A DNA stretch of 61,710 nucleotides, the filler included. It is 6 parts of 6 records of this genome, joined end to end, with 100 filler letters (N's around TTAATTAATTAA, not from the genome) between each part and the next. Parts side by side here need not be neighbours in the genome. Positions count along the whole stretch, not along the records: positions 1 to 13,909 come from SRR2962707_998; 5 more parts are not named here. One strand, given 5' to 3'. This document shows, piece after piece, positions 1 through 8,539 of this stretch (positions are counted from its first letter, which is position 1; the number at the start of each line of letters is the position of its first letter). The position numbers were made by a program, and so were the translations under genes. Under the pieces are notes generated by a model. That model saw nothing but the letters and a program-made list of their open reading frames with translations, was not told the origin of the DNA and made no database searches.

Positions 1-44
1 AACGCACCGTCCCTGGTGCCAAGACGCAAAGAAAGACTTCTCGC

Positions 45-296
45 TCAACCGTGGCTTTCAGGCCGCACTTCACCTCGGATAACGATGTGACCGCTGTAGG
101 GGGCAGGTTCTGCTGAACGGCCTGCTGCGTCACGATCCTGTATCTCACCACGTATGACGAGCTGGCCGCTGTACGGGGCCGGTTGAGCGTTTTCAAAATG
201 AGTCTCGTCGGATTTCCGATCAGCCAGGGTCGCGTGTGCAGGCAGCGCAGCAGCGGCTAAGAGTGATGTAAGGGCAACCAGTACAGTTGTACGCAT
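45..296 (-). CDS. Small secreted protein with an internal tandem repeat
   Basis: GGAG SD before ATG; signal peptide MRTTVLVALTSLLAAAALPAHA; two copies of PAPYSG(Q/H)(L/I)VIRGE. Confidence 0.8.
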   Translation of the reverse strand: MRTTVLVALTSLLAAAALPAHATLADRKSDETHFENAQPAPYSGQLVIRGEIQDRDAAGRSAEPAPYSGHIVIRGEVRPESHG

Positions 297-411
297 AACA
301 TGTTCTCCAGTTTTGATAAGCGAAGGCTGATCTCCGTTTCGCCGATCGGCGCGAGATCAGATGGAGTGGAGTATGAGCTTGAAGAGAGGTCACGAATAAT
401 CAGGAGGCCGC

Positions 412-435
412 ATGAGTCACATCACCAAAACTGAT
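412..435 (-). promoter_or_regulatory. Nod-box/MexT-type LysR binding site upstream of 45..296
   Basis: Minus strand ATCA-GTTTT-GGTGAT-GTGA-CTCAT, i.e. ATC-N9-GAT-N7-AT. Confidence 0.6.
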
Positions 436-601
436 AAATAGAGCTTTTCGGCGAATTACTTCGATGTCTCCTATCTTGACTGATTTTATCGAAATACATA
501 TAAATAAATTAAATACAATATGTTAAAGGACTAACTTAAATCGTTTTATAGAACGCGCCCCGCCGACAACGATGTAAACATCGCAGTACAAACACCTATT
601 C

Positions 602-625
602 ATCAAAATACATGATGTTTTCAAT
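602..625 (+). promoter_or_regulatory. Nod-box/MexT-type LysR binding site upstream of the lpxR-like gene
   Basis: ATCA-AAATA-CATGAT-GTTT-TCAAT. Confidence 0.55.
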
Positions 626-710
626 ATTGAGCCCTGATTAGTCGCGCAAGGCGTTCAGTTGAAAAATAGCAGCCAACTTGTTTCCGACCTATCGTCTTTC
701 GGAGTTGGCA

Positions 711-1736
711 ATGTCTCATCGTCTGCTTGTACTTTTTCTCACTGTTCTGGTTTTGTCTCCGATGGCTCATGCTGAGAACTCTGATTCTGTCATTGCGCTT
801 TCTACGGACAATGATCTTTTTGCACCCACCCAAACCGATCGGGATTACACCGCAGGTGTGGCCATAACCTATTCCTCAAACTCGGAGGACTTCCTGGGAA
901 ATCCGGTTTCCGGAATCAGCCAAAACCTGGACAGGTTCGTGTTGTCGGGTATTGGCGCAGATATTAACGAGCCCGAAAGTGCAGCCCTGGAATTTGGCAT
1001 CTACGGATTCACCCCTGAGGAAATCAAGGCGAGGGATATCGATCGGGATGATCGTCCCTACAGCAGCCTCGTTTATTTATCGTCAAGCCATAGTTACAGG
1101 ACCCTGAGTGACGATTCCGGGTGGACCACCTCGATGACCGTCGGAGTGCTGGGCCTGGATGTTTTTAAATCGGGTCAGAATGCGGTTCACAAGGTGGTAG
1201 GAAGTGACCGTGCCAACGGCTGGGACCATCAGGTCTCCAATGGCGGGGAACCAACATTCCGATACTCCGCTGCCTATCATCAGTATCTGGATAAAAACCG
1301 GCCGGACCAGCAATTCAAAGTCACGTATTTCGGGTCGGTGGGTTATTTGACTGAGTTTGGTGCCGCGCTTGTTTTTCGGGATGGGCTCATTTCCTCCCCG
1401 GACAATCGTTTCAACCCTGAGCTTATGGCCTACGGCGAACGAGCGCCGGGAGTCGCGGCCCCTGGCGGCCGGGAGCACTATTTCTGGGGCGGCGTGTCTG
1501 TTAAAGCTCGGGCCTACAATGCGTTCCTTCAAGGCCAATTCAGGCACTCCGACCACGAACTGGGTGCCAACGACCTTAACGTGCTCCTGGCGGAAATCTG
1601 GGCGGGCTATACCCACAGTTTCGTCGCTGGCACCGAGTTGAGTTACGTGCTCCGGGTCCAGAGCTCCGAAATTAAGAGCGGGACCGGAAACCGCACGCTT
1701 GCGTGGGGTGGGCTGGTTTTCAGTAAGCGCCTTTAA
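711..1736 (+). CDS. LpxR/DUF2219-family outer-membrane beta-barrel protein (lipid A deacylase-like)
   Basis: GGAG SD at 701; signal peptide; DNDLF...DRDYTAG, FTP...DRPYS, QNAVH...GWDHQ and YNAFLQG motifs. Confidence 0.8.
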   Translation: MSHRLLVLFLTVLVLSPMAHAENSDSVIALSTDNDLFAPTQTDRDYTAGVAITYSSNSEDFLGNPVSGISQNLDRFVLSGIGADINEPESAALEFGIYGFTPEEIKARDIDRDDRPYSSLVYLSSSHSYRTLSDDSGWTTSMTVGVLGLDVFKSGQNAVHKVVGSDRANGWDHQVSNGGEPTFRYSAAYHQYLDKNRPDQQFKVTYFGSVGYLTEFGAALVFRDGLISSPDNRFNPELMAYGERAPGVAAPGGREHYFWGGVSVKARAYNAFLQGQFRHSDHELGANDLNVLLAEIWAGYTHSFVAGTELSYVLRVQSSEIKSGTGNRTLAWGGLVFSKRL

Positions 1737-1754
1737 CGGGCTCTATGCAAACCC

Positions 1755-1778
1755 ATCATTGTGAGAAATGGGATCTAT
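1755..1778 (+). promoter_or_regulatory. Weaker nod-box-like LysR site upstream of trxA-lysR
   Basis: ATCA-TTGTG-AGAAAT-GGGA-TCTAT (GAT changed to AAT). Confidence 0.4.
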
Positions 1779-1854
1779 ATGGCACTGAAATTAGTGCTAT
1801 CAGCTTGGAGGACCCAGTATTGAAAGTGAGCAATTCCATTCAGGAGCAGATATT

Positions 1855-2178
1855 ATGACGACCATTATTCATGTAACCGATGCGAATTTTGAAGAAGCGG
1901 TTGTTCAGAGCGACCGGACAGTTCTGGTTGACTTCTGGGCACCCTGGTGTGGCCCTTGCAAGACGGTAGCCCCGCTGCTTGAGGACATCGCCGATGAGTT
2001 CAGTGAGCAACTGACCGTTGCCAAGGTCAACGTGGATGATAGCCCGGAGATTACTGCAAAAATGCGTATCCGTGGCATTCCAACATTGGCCCTGTTTCAG
2101 GATGGCGATGTGATTGCCCAACATGCCGGGGCAGGGAGCCTCAGCCAGTTGAGAACGTTCGTTAAAGGGCACTTATAG
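1855..2178 (+). CDS. trxA: Thioredoxin
   Basis: VLVDFWAPWCGPCK active site, IRGIPTL cis-Pro loop, AGGAG SD. Confidence 0.95.
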   Translation: MTTIIHVTDANFEEAVVQSDRTVLVDFWAPWCGPCKTVAPLLEDIADEFSEQLTVAKVNVDDSPEITAKMRIRGIPTLALFQDGDVIAQHAGAGSLSQLRTFVKGHL

Positions 2179-2196
2179 TTACGCCGAGAACTTACT

Positions 2197-3144
2197 ATGA
2201 AAACTCAAGAGCTCCAGTTGCTGTACATCTTCGATGCCATTATGACGGAGCGTTCAGTGACTCGTGCGGCGGATCGCCTGGCCATGACACAGCCTGCGGT
2301 ATCAAATGCGATTTCCAGGATGCGCCAGATCTGGAATGATCCGCTCTTTGTGCGAAAGGGCCGCAACATCGAACCCACCTCCTATGCGCTCAGTCTATGG
2401 GATCAGGTGGGTGACCCTATGTTCGCGCTGACAAACGCCGTCAGCGCTACGCAGTTTGACCCGGCCTCCGCCCGGCGGACGTTTCGCATTGCAGTAACCG
2501 ACGTCATCGTCGAGATGATCTGGCGTCAGCTTATTGACTTGCTTGAGCGTGAGGCGCCGGGCGTGGACGTACACGCCGTTCCCTATACACCTGAAGGGAG
2601 CTACGACGACCTGAGATCAGCTCACGTTGACCTCGCGATTGGCGTGCTTAACCAGCACGATTACAGTTTGCGGAGTACCTGGCTTCTTGATAGCGGATTT
2701 GTTCTCGCAATGCGGGCAGACCACCCGCTGGCAGGCCGGCAAATCACCATGGAAGAGTTTCTGGAAGCCCGGCATCTGTTGGTTACCATGTCGGGCGACG
2801 CCCACGGTTCTGTTGACAGTTATCTTGATCAAAAAGGGCAGAGCAGGCGTATCGCCGCAACAATGAACCATTTTGCGTCCGTTCCTCAAGTGTTAAGGGA
2901 GTCCAATCTCATCGCGGCCGTTCCTGAGTTGATCAGCCAGGACTGCGGGTTCGTCGATGGGTTATGGATGGGGGAGCTACCCTTCGATGTAGATCCAACC
3001 AGCCTCTACCTCATCTGGCACGCACGCCATGATAGAGAACCAGGGATTATCTGGATCAGGAATCATATCGAAAGACTGCTCCAGGCTCGCTGGCACGACA
3101 TCATGACCAATTCGCCCTGTGGCCGGCACCTGAAGGCTGTCTAA
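2197..3144 (+). CDS. LysR-family regulator (NodD/MexT/LeuO-like subgroup)
   Basis: LLYIFDAIMTERSVTRAADRLAMTQPAVSNA HTH; FDPASARRTFRIAVTD hinge typical of this subgroup. Confidence 0.9.
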   Translation: MKTQELQLLYIFDAIMTERSVTRAADRLAMTQPAVSNAISRMRQIWNDPLFVRKGRNIEPTSYALSLWDQVGDPMFALTNAVSATQFDPASARRTFRIAVTDVIVEMIWRQLIDLLEREAPGVDVHAVPYTPEGSYDDLRSAHVDLAIGVLNQHDYSLRSTWLLDSGFVLAMRADHPLAGRQITMEEFLEARHLLVTMSGDAHGSVDSYLDQKGQSRRIAATMNHFASVPQVLRESNLIAAVPELISQDCGFVDGLWMGELPFDVDPTSLYLIWHARHDREPGIIWIRNHIERLLQARWHDIMTNSPCGRHLKAV

Positions 3145-4070
3145 TCATGGCTAGGCAGTATGCCGTGTGTAGTCATGGCGTTTATAAGGCTTTGACACTG
3201 CTGTTTGAGGTGGTCCCTCAGCAGGCGCATGGCAGGTGTGATGGATTGTCGCGTCGGGCAGATCAGCCACAGCTCTGACACCGGTGGCGTATAGTCGGGC
3301 ATGACGTTCATCACCCGGCCGGACAGCAGATCATCGGATATATCGAGGCAGGATTTGACCGCCATACCATGCCCGGCGATGCACCAGCGCCGAACGAGAT
3401 CGCCGTCGTTGGACGCCCGATTGCCTCTCATTTTCACCCGGTATTCCTCACCATCCCGTTTGAAGGTCCACAAGTCGTAGGGAATGTCCTGCAACTGATA
3501 GAAAAGCCCGTTGTGACCCGTGAGGTCATGTGGATGGATGGGGGTACCCTGTTGGTTCAGGTAATCGGGTGTTGCGCAGAGCAGTCGGGGGACATCACAG
3601 ATTTTGAACCCGTACAGGTTGGCGTCACTGGGTGAGCCATACCGTAGGGCCATATCAACCGAATCCCGAAAAAAGTCCACATTGCTGTCGGTGATCTGTA
3701 CCCGCAAACTCAGCCCGGGGTGAGATGTCATCAATTGGTCGATCCAGGGCACGACGCGATTTCTACCCAGATCGGATGACACCGATAGCCGAATTTCTCC
3801 CGCCACTGTCTCTGTGCCAAAGCGAATATTCTGTCGGGCCTCATCCATCAGTGTCAGCGCCTGCCGGCATTGGGGCAGGTATTTCTCCCCGGCGGCCGAG
3901 AGCCGCAACTGACGGGTAGAGCGGACAAACAGCTCTACCCCTAACTCATGCTCCACACGTTTTACGGCGGCGCTCGCCGTCGCAGCGCGCATATCCAGGC
4001 TGGTGGCAGCCGCGGTGATGTTGCGGAATTCGGCCACTTTAAGCACAACGGTCAGATCGTCAAAGTTCAT
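3141..4070 (-). CDS. LysR-family regulator (CrgA-like), divergent from the oxidoreductase
   Basis: N-terminal HTH, LFVRSTRQLRLS, DMALRYG. Confidence 0.9.
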   Translation of the reverse strand: MNFDDLTVVLKVAEFRNITAAATSLDMRAATASAAVKRVEHELGVELFVRSTRQLRLSAAGEKYLPQCRQALTLMDEARQNIRFGTETVAGEIRLSVSSDLGRNRVVPWIDQLMTSHPGLSLRVQITDSNVDFFRDSVDMALRYGSPSDANLYGFKICDVPRLLCATPDYLNQQGTPIHPHDLTGHNGLFYQLQDIPYDLWTFKRDGEEYRVKMRGNRASNDGDLVRRWCIAGHGMAVKSCLDISDDLLSGRVMNVMPDYTPPVSELWLICPTRQSITPAMRLLRDHLKQQCQSLINAMTTHGILPSHD

Positions 4071-4171
4071 TTTCAAATATTATTTGATTATGTTTATGGG
4101 ATTAGGCTGTTTTTCTTAGTGTAAAGAGGGATCACACTGTTGGCCACTACCAACTCACACTGGAGAGAAAC

Positions 4172-5212
4172 ATGAAAGCGGTTGGATACACTGAATCTTT
4201 ACCCATTGATGACCCTAAATCCCTTCAAGACGTGGAACTACCTCAGCCGGCGGCCGAGGGAAGGGACCTCTTGGTTCGCGTCAGAGCCATCGGCGTCAAT
4301 CCTGTTGATTTCAAAGTACGTCAACGGGCTGCAGCGGAGCCTGGTGAGACCAAGGTACTGGGCTGGGATGCCGTAGGGGAAGTCGTTGCAACGGGAGAGG
4401 CCGCATCATTGTTCGAGCCAGGCGACCAGGTTTACTACGCTGGCGATGTTACACGGCAGGGTAGCAATGCCGAGTATCAGATCGTGGACGAGCGCATTGT
4501 GGGCCGCAAACCCGCCAGCCTGAACGACGCAGAGGCGGCAGCACTGCCTCTGACCACTATAACCGCCTGGGAAATGCTCTTCGACCACCTGGGTCTTGAA
4601 CAGCAGCCCCCAGAGGAAATAAGCCCAACCGACGACGTGATACTGGTGGTTGGCGCGGCCGGCGGTGTCGGCTCGATCCTGATTCAGTTGGCAAAAAAGC
4701 TGACCGGTGCCACCGTGGTGGCCACCGCATCCCGGCCCGAATCCCGGCAATGGGTTGAATCGCTAGGTGCGGATTTCGTCGTGAATCACCGCGAGCCACT
4801 GCTGCCGCAAATCGAACAACTGGTGTCCGATGGCAAAATTGCCCCGATCACTCACGTGGCCAGCCTGAACGCCACCGACCAGTACTTCGATGATTATGTG
4901 GCAGCGCTGAGGCCGTTCGGCAGGATTGCCATGATTGACGACCCCGCGTCTCTGGACGTGATGAAAATCAAACCGAAAAGCCTGTCCCTGCACATCGAAT
5001 TCATGTTTGCCCGGTCCATGCACAACGCCGATGACATGCAGGTGCAGCACGAACTTCTTGAGACGGTAGCGAGTCTTGTGGATCAGGGCCACATTCGTAC
5101 CACCGCAGGCAAAAATCTCGGGGTAATCAACGCTGACAACCTGCGTGCGGCGCATTCGGAGTTGGAGTCCGGTACGGCCGTGGGCAAAATAGTGCTGGAA
5201 GGGTTCGAGTAA
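4172..5212 (+). CDS. Zinc-binding alcohol dehydrogenase/quinone oxidoreductase (MDR family)
   Basis: VNPVDFK, LGWDAVG, GAAGGVGS, GKIVLEGF. Confidence 0.9.
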   Translation: MKAVGYTESLPIDDPKSLQDVELPQPAAEGRDLLVRVRAIGVNPVDFKVRQRAAAEPGETKVLGWDAVGEVVATGEAASLFEPGDQVYYAGDVTRQGSNAEYQIVDERIVGRKPASLNDAEAAALPLTTITAWEMLFDHLGLEQQPPEEISPTDDVILVVGAAGGVGSILIQLAKKLTGATVVATASRPESRQWVESLGADFVVNHREPLLPQIEQLVSDGKIAPITHVASLNATDQYFDDYVAALRPFGRIAMIDDPASLDVMKIKPKSLSLHIEFMFARSMHNADDMQVQHELLETVASLVDQGHIRTTAGKNLGVINADNLRAAHSELESGTAVGKIVLEGFE

Positions 5213-5401
5213 CCGGTATTCTGGTTATAACGGCCTGCTTTATCGCCGCCGGCCACGATTTGGACACGGGCCTCGAGCAGCATGTTACGTTTTGGCCTTA
5301 AGCCTGTTTTAGATTAGTGACGACACGACGTAACACTTGAGCCTGAAGAGTTACTGGTAGTAAATGGGAAAACAGATTTATGAAAACCTCAGGAGCTCAA
5401 C

Positions 5402-5971
5402 ATGGCGCACAAGTTTGCGGAAATCGCTTTTACCAGTACGGTTAAGCAGGTTCAGGAGGAAATGGGCAGTCGGACCGGTTACTCGTCCATTGAAACCGGA
5501 CCAGACCGTAACAACCTGCTCAGGGATCGGGAACGGGTGTTTATCGAGGCCCGAGACAGCTTTTACATTGCCAGTGTCAGCGAAACCGGTTGGCCCTACA
5601 TCCAGCATAGGGGCGGGCCAGCCGGATTTTTGAAGGTCATCGACCAGTCGACCATTGGTTTTGCGGACTACTCGGGCAACCGCCAGTACGTCACGACTGG
5701 CAACGTGCTTACCAATGACCGCGTTGCGTTGTTCCTGATGGACTACCCGAATCAGCGGAGACTAAAACTGCTTGGCAGGATGGCACTGGTTGGTCCTGAG
5801 CGACCATCAATTCTCGACCACTTACAGGACGAGAGCTATAAAGCCCAGATAGAGAGGGGCATGATCATTCGGGTCGAGGCCTTTGACTGGAACTGTCCGC
5901 AACACATTACCCCCCGTTACACACAGTCGGAGGTCGACGCCTTTATTGAGTCGATGGGTGATCAACGCTAA
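5402..5971 (+). CDS. Pyridoxamine 5'-phosphate oxidase-like FMN-binding protein
   Basis: GWPYIQHRGGPAGF, ADYSGNRQY, FDWNCPQHITPRY. Confidence 0.85.
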   Translation: MAHKFAEIAFTSTVKQVQEEMGSRTGYSSIETGPDRNNLLRDRERVFIEARDSFYIASVSETGWPYIQHRGGPAGFLKVIDQSTIGFADYSGNRQYVTTGNVLTNDRVALFLMDYPNQRRLKLLGRMALVGPERPSILDHLQDESYKAQIERGMIIRVEAFDWNCPQHITPRYTQSEVDAFIESMGDQR

Positions 5972-6048
5972 AACAGCGCTAGAGGGATGGCTGCAAGGGC
6001 AGGGCCGGGAAATGCAGAAACTGGATCGAAGAGGGAGGGCTTTGTATC

Positions 6049-6081
6049 AAAAATGCACGGGCGGCCCCACCTGGACCGCCC
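6049..6081 (-). terminator. Intrinsic terminator of the 47-aa ORF
   Basis: Minus strand GGGCGGTCC-AGGT-GGGGCCGCCC followed by GTGCATTTTT. Confidence 0.55.
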
Positions 6082-6098
6082 ATTGTCGTTTTGGACGG

Positions 6099-6242
6099 TT
6101 AGTTGCCAGTGCCCAGTTCGACAGTTTCAACTGCAGGATTATTGCCGCGCTCGATATCGCCCTGGCTAACACCTTCGGCTTGCGCGAATGCAGAGAAAGC
6201 GAGTACAGAAAAAACGAGAAAGAACTTGTTGATTGCGTTCAT
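6099..6242 (-). CDS. 47-aa small secreted protein (absent from the ORF track)
   Basis: MNAINKFFLVFSVLAFSAFAQAEGVSQGDIERGNNPAVETVELGTGN*; AAGGTGG SD; A-Q-A cleavage site; own terminator. Confidence 0.75.
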   Translation of the reverse strand: MNAINKFFLVFSVLAFSAFAQAEGVSQGDIERGNNPAVETVELGTGN

Positions 6243-6345
6243 GTGATATTCCACCTTCTATGAGAATTAGATTAGACAACGTCGCCTCATTGGCTTGATT
6301 GGAATTCTCTCTGTTTCCCGGCTGCAGAAAAAATTGCCTCGCAAT

Positions 6346-6369
6346 ATACAGAACATCACACCCGATGAT
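6346..6369 (-). promoter_or_regulatory. Nod-box/MexT-type LysR site upstream of the 47-aa ORF
   Basis: Minus strand ATCA-TCGGG-TGTGAT-GTTC-TGTAT. Confidence 0.55.
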
Positions 6370-6629
6370 GGGTTCAGAGCCACCAAAGCCAGTAGGGCCC
6401 TGGGCGGCCGGCGAGGTGCGAATAAGTATTCCGGGGTCGTTAAATGCACCTACTGGGGTGAATTCCCCGCTTCGTGAGAAAACAGGTGCAGTAAGCCAAC
6501 GATCAAGGTTTCGTGGTTATCGCATTCGCAGCAGGCTATTCAGAGGCTACACCAAAGGTGGATTCACACGGGCAAACCCCTCCTGCGTTCGATAAGGGTA
6601 ATAGGGATAAGGCGGCGTCACCGATTTTT

Positions 6630-6815
6630 CAGGCATACAGCAACCTGGCCCCTGACGCAACCTGGCCCCTGACTTTCGATGGAGAGCAAACTGAACTCGC
6701 TCCACAGGGGAGTTTGTTAGTCAGCGATGGTGAAACCATGCGCAAAATGGCCATGGAGGGTGTCGGCCTCGCACGTTTGACCCGTTTCCTGGTTGATGAA
6801 GACATCCGCCAGGGA
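6630..6815 (+). pseudogene. Fragment of a LysR substrate-binding domain
   Basis: WPLTFDG...SLLVSDGETMRKMAMEGVGLARLTRFLVDEDIRQG; no HTH and no normal C-terminus; boundaries approximate. Confidence 0.65.
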
Positions 6816-6854
6816 ATCACCGTCGGATTAGGCCGAAGCATGTGCGTATGTCAT

Positions 6855-6881
6855 AAAAAAGGCTGCCCCTGTTGGGCAGCC
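6855..6881 (-). terminator. Intrinsic terminator after the rhodanese gene
   Basis: GGCTGCCC-n5-GGGCAGCC stem with an A6 run on the + strand (U6 on minus). Confidence 0.8.
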
Positions 6882-6912
6882 CTTGAGATTCATCCTCCAC
6901 TACTACAACCGG

Positions 6913-7239
6913 TCAAGCGGCACGTTTCCGGCTAAACCAGTCCTCGGTGCCGCCTTCATAGTCGTAGACTTCCGTAAAGCCGGCATCTTCCAGCTTCTTG
7001 GCAGCCTTGGGAGAAGCATCACATTCGAAGTTCGCGCAGTAGACAACAATTTTCCGGTCTTTGCTGCCGGTAACTGCCTCGACCTGTTCCAAAAAGGACG
7101 GTTCCTCCACAGGAACACTGATGGATGTGCGGATATGTTCTCGGTTGAAGGCATCCCTCGGCAGGACATTGATGAGCACAAAATCTTCGTGCTCGGTTTC
7201 GTTCATCTGTTTGAGGTCGTCACGGCTAATACTCTTCAT
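6913..7239 (-). CDS. Single-domain rhodanese-like protein
   Basis: LINVLP, HIRTSIS, IVVYCANFECDAS, YEGGTEDW. Confidence 0.9.
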   Translation of the reverse strand: MKSISRDDLKQMNETEHEDFVLINVLPRDAFNREHIRTSISVPVEEPSFLEQVEAVTGSKDRKIVVYCANFECDASPKAAKKLEDAGFTEVYDYEGGTEDWFSRKRAA

Positions 7240-7311
7240 AGCGTTTCTCCTTCGTTAAGGAAATGGCTACCTCACTATCTAATGATGGTTTGAGACGCGA
7301 TTTCAAGGTCG

Positions 7312-8469
7312 TTAGCGGCCATCCTCCCGATAGAAAGCACGGCTTTTCTCGTAAACGGCCGCCATATCAATCAGGACAAAGCCCAGCTCCGATTCATGCA
7401 GGAAGAAGGTGTAAGTCTCTTCTGAGGGAAGGCTCTGCCAATATTCAGGGATATTGCTTTCCCGTTGGTCGATCGCAGGGTAATGCGAATGTTCAAAGTA
7501 GCCGGTTTCAGTGTTGTCGTAGGCAACGGACAGTGGTTCGGGGGATACCACCAACGCGTACCGCTGAAGACTGGGATAGGTAGCGGCGAAGGCGATGATA
7601 CAGAGCAGGGCAGCAAGGCCGAAGCGCTCTGCTCGGGGAGCACCTTTACCCAGTTGAACCCCCAAAACACCGAGCAGCAGCGCGGTTGAAATGAATGGCC
7701 AAAGTGGCAAGTCACCAATCACGAGATAGTTGGTGAGCAGTACGTAGTCAACGAGAGCATAGGTGCCGAGCACAGCCAGCAGAATTAGCTGCAGCACCAT
7801 GCCTTTGTGTTTCAATAAGTTGAAATGGTTGGCCAATGGCCCGGTTCTATCAGTTTGGGTTGACGTAAAGTCCACGTTGCCGGTGATTCCAGACAGAGCT
7901 TTGACAAGAGGGGCCTCGGTAATGATGGATTCCAACCTCGCCTTGGGCTTCCCAAAGGCGCTGCCCATGCCGATACGGTGATCCGGGTGGCCCTCTCTCA
8001 AAAAATGGTAGGGTTGCAGACGATAGGTCCGCCTGTCGGTAACGAGACTGAGTTTTGACTGCTGAAGTGCCTGAGCCATATTCCGGAATCCCGTAACGGC
8101 GGTCAGCTCAACTTTCCGGATCGCATTTAACGGAATGCGGTGGTCTCCGGTGGTGAATCCCATTAGCCCGAGGCCGGTCAACCGCGGGATGTGAATCGTC
8201 AGATTCTCGCTGTCCAGTTCCAGCCAGACCCGGCGATTAACAAACGCCACGACGCAACCCAGCAGCAGACACAACGCAATTAGGTGCAGTTCGAAAGGCA
8301 CGTTACCGTGTTCGTCCGGGTATAGTTGGCTGAAGTCCAGTTCACCGAGGTTGGGCAGTGCCAATAGCAGCAGACTTCCAAGCAAAATCGTCAGCAAGGC
8401 TCCGATTGTTGCAAACAGGTGGCTGGGTTTGAGAATGCTGGCAGAGTAACGAAAGCGCTGTTTACCCAT
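7312..8469 (-). CDS. Hypothetical multi-pass membrane protein
   Basis: 385-aa ORF with several hydrophobic segments; no family recognised. Confidence 0.7.
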   Translation of the reverse strand: MGKQRFRYSASILKPSHLFATIGALLTILLGSLLLLALPNLGELDFSQLYPDEHGNVPFELHLIALCLLLGCVVAFVNRRVWLELDSENLTIHIPRLTGLGLMGFTTGDHRIPLNAIRKVELTAVTGFRNMAQALQQSKLSLVTDRRTYRLQPYHFLREGHPDHRIGMGSAFGKPKARLESIITEAPLVKALSGITGNVDFTSTQTDRTGPLANHFNLLKHKGMVLQLILLAVLGTYALVDYVLLTNYLVIGDLPLWPFISTALLLGVLGVQLGKGAPRAERFGLAALLCIIAFAATYPSLQRYALVVSPEPLSVAYDNTETGYFEHSHYPAIDQRESNIPEYWQSLPSEETYTFFLHESELGFVLIDMAAVYEKSRAFYREDGR

Positions 8470-8539
8470 GGTTCAATGTCGTCCCTGAATCTGTATCCGT
8501 GAGTTAGAAGTGTATGATAGATAAAGAGGAGTCCCTATT

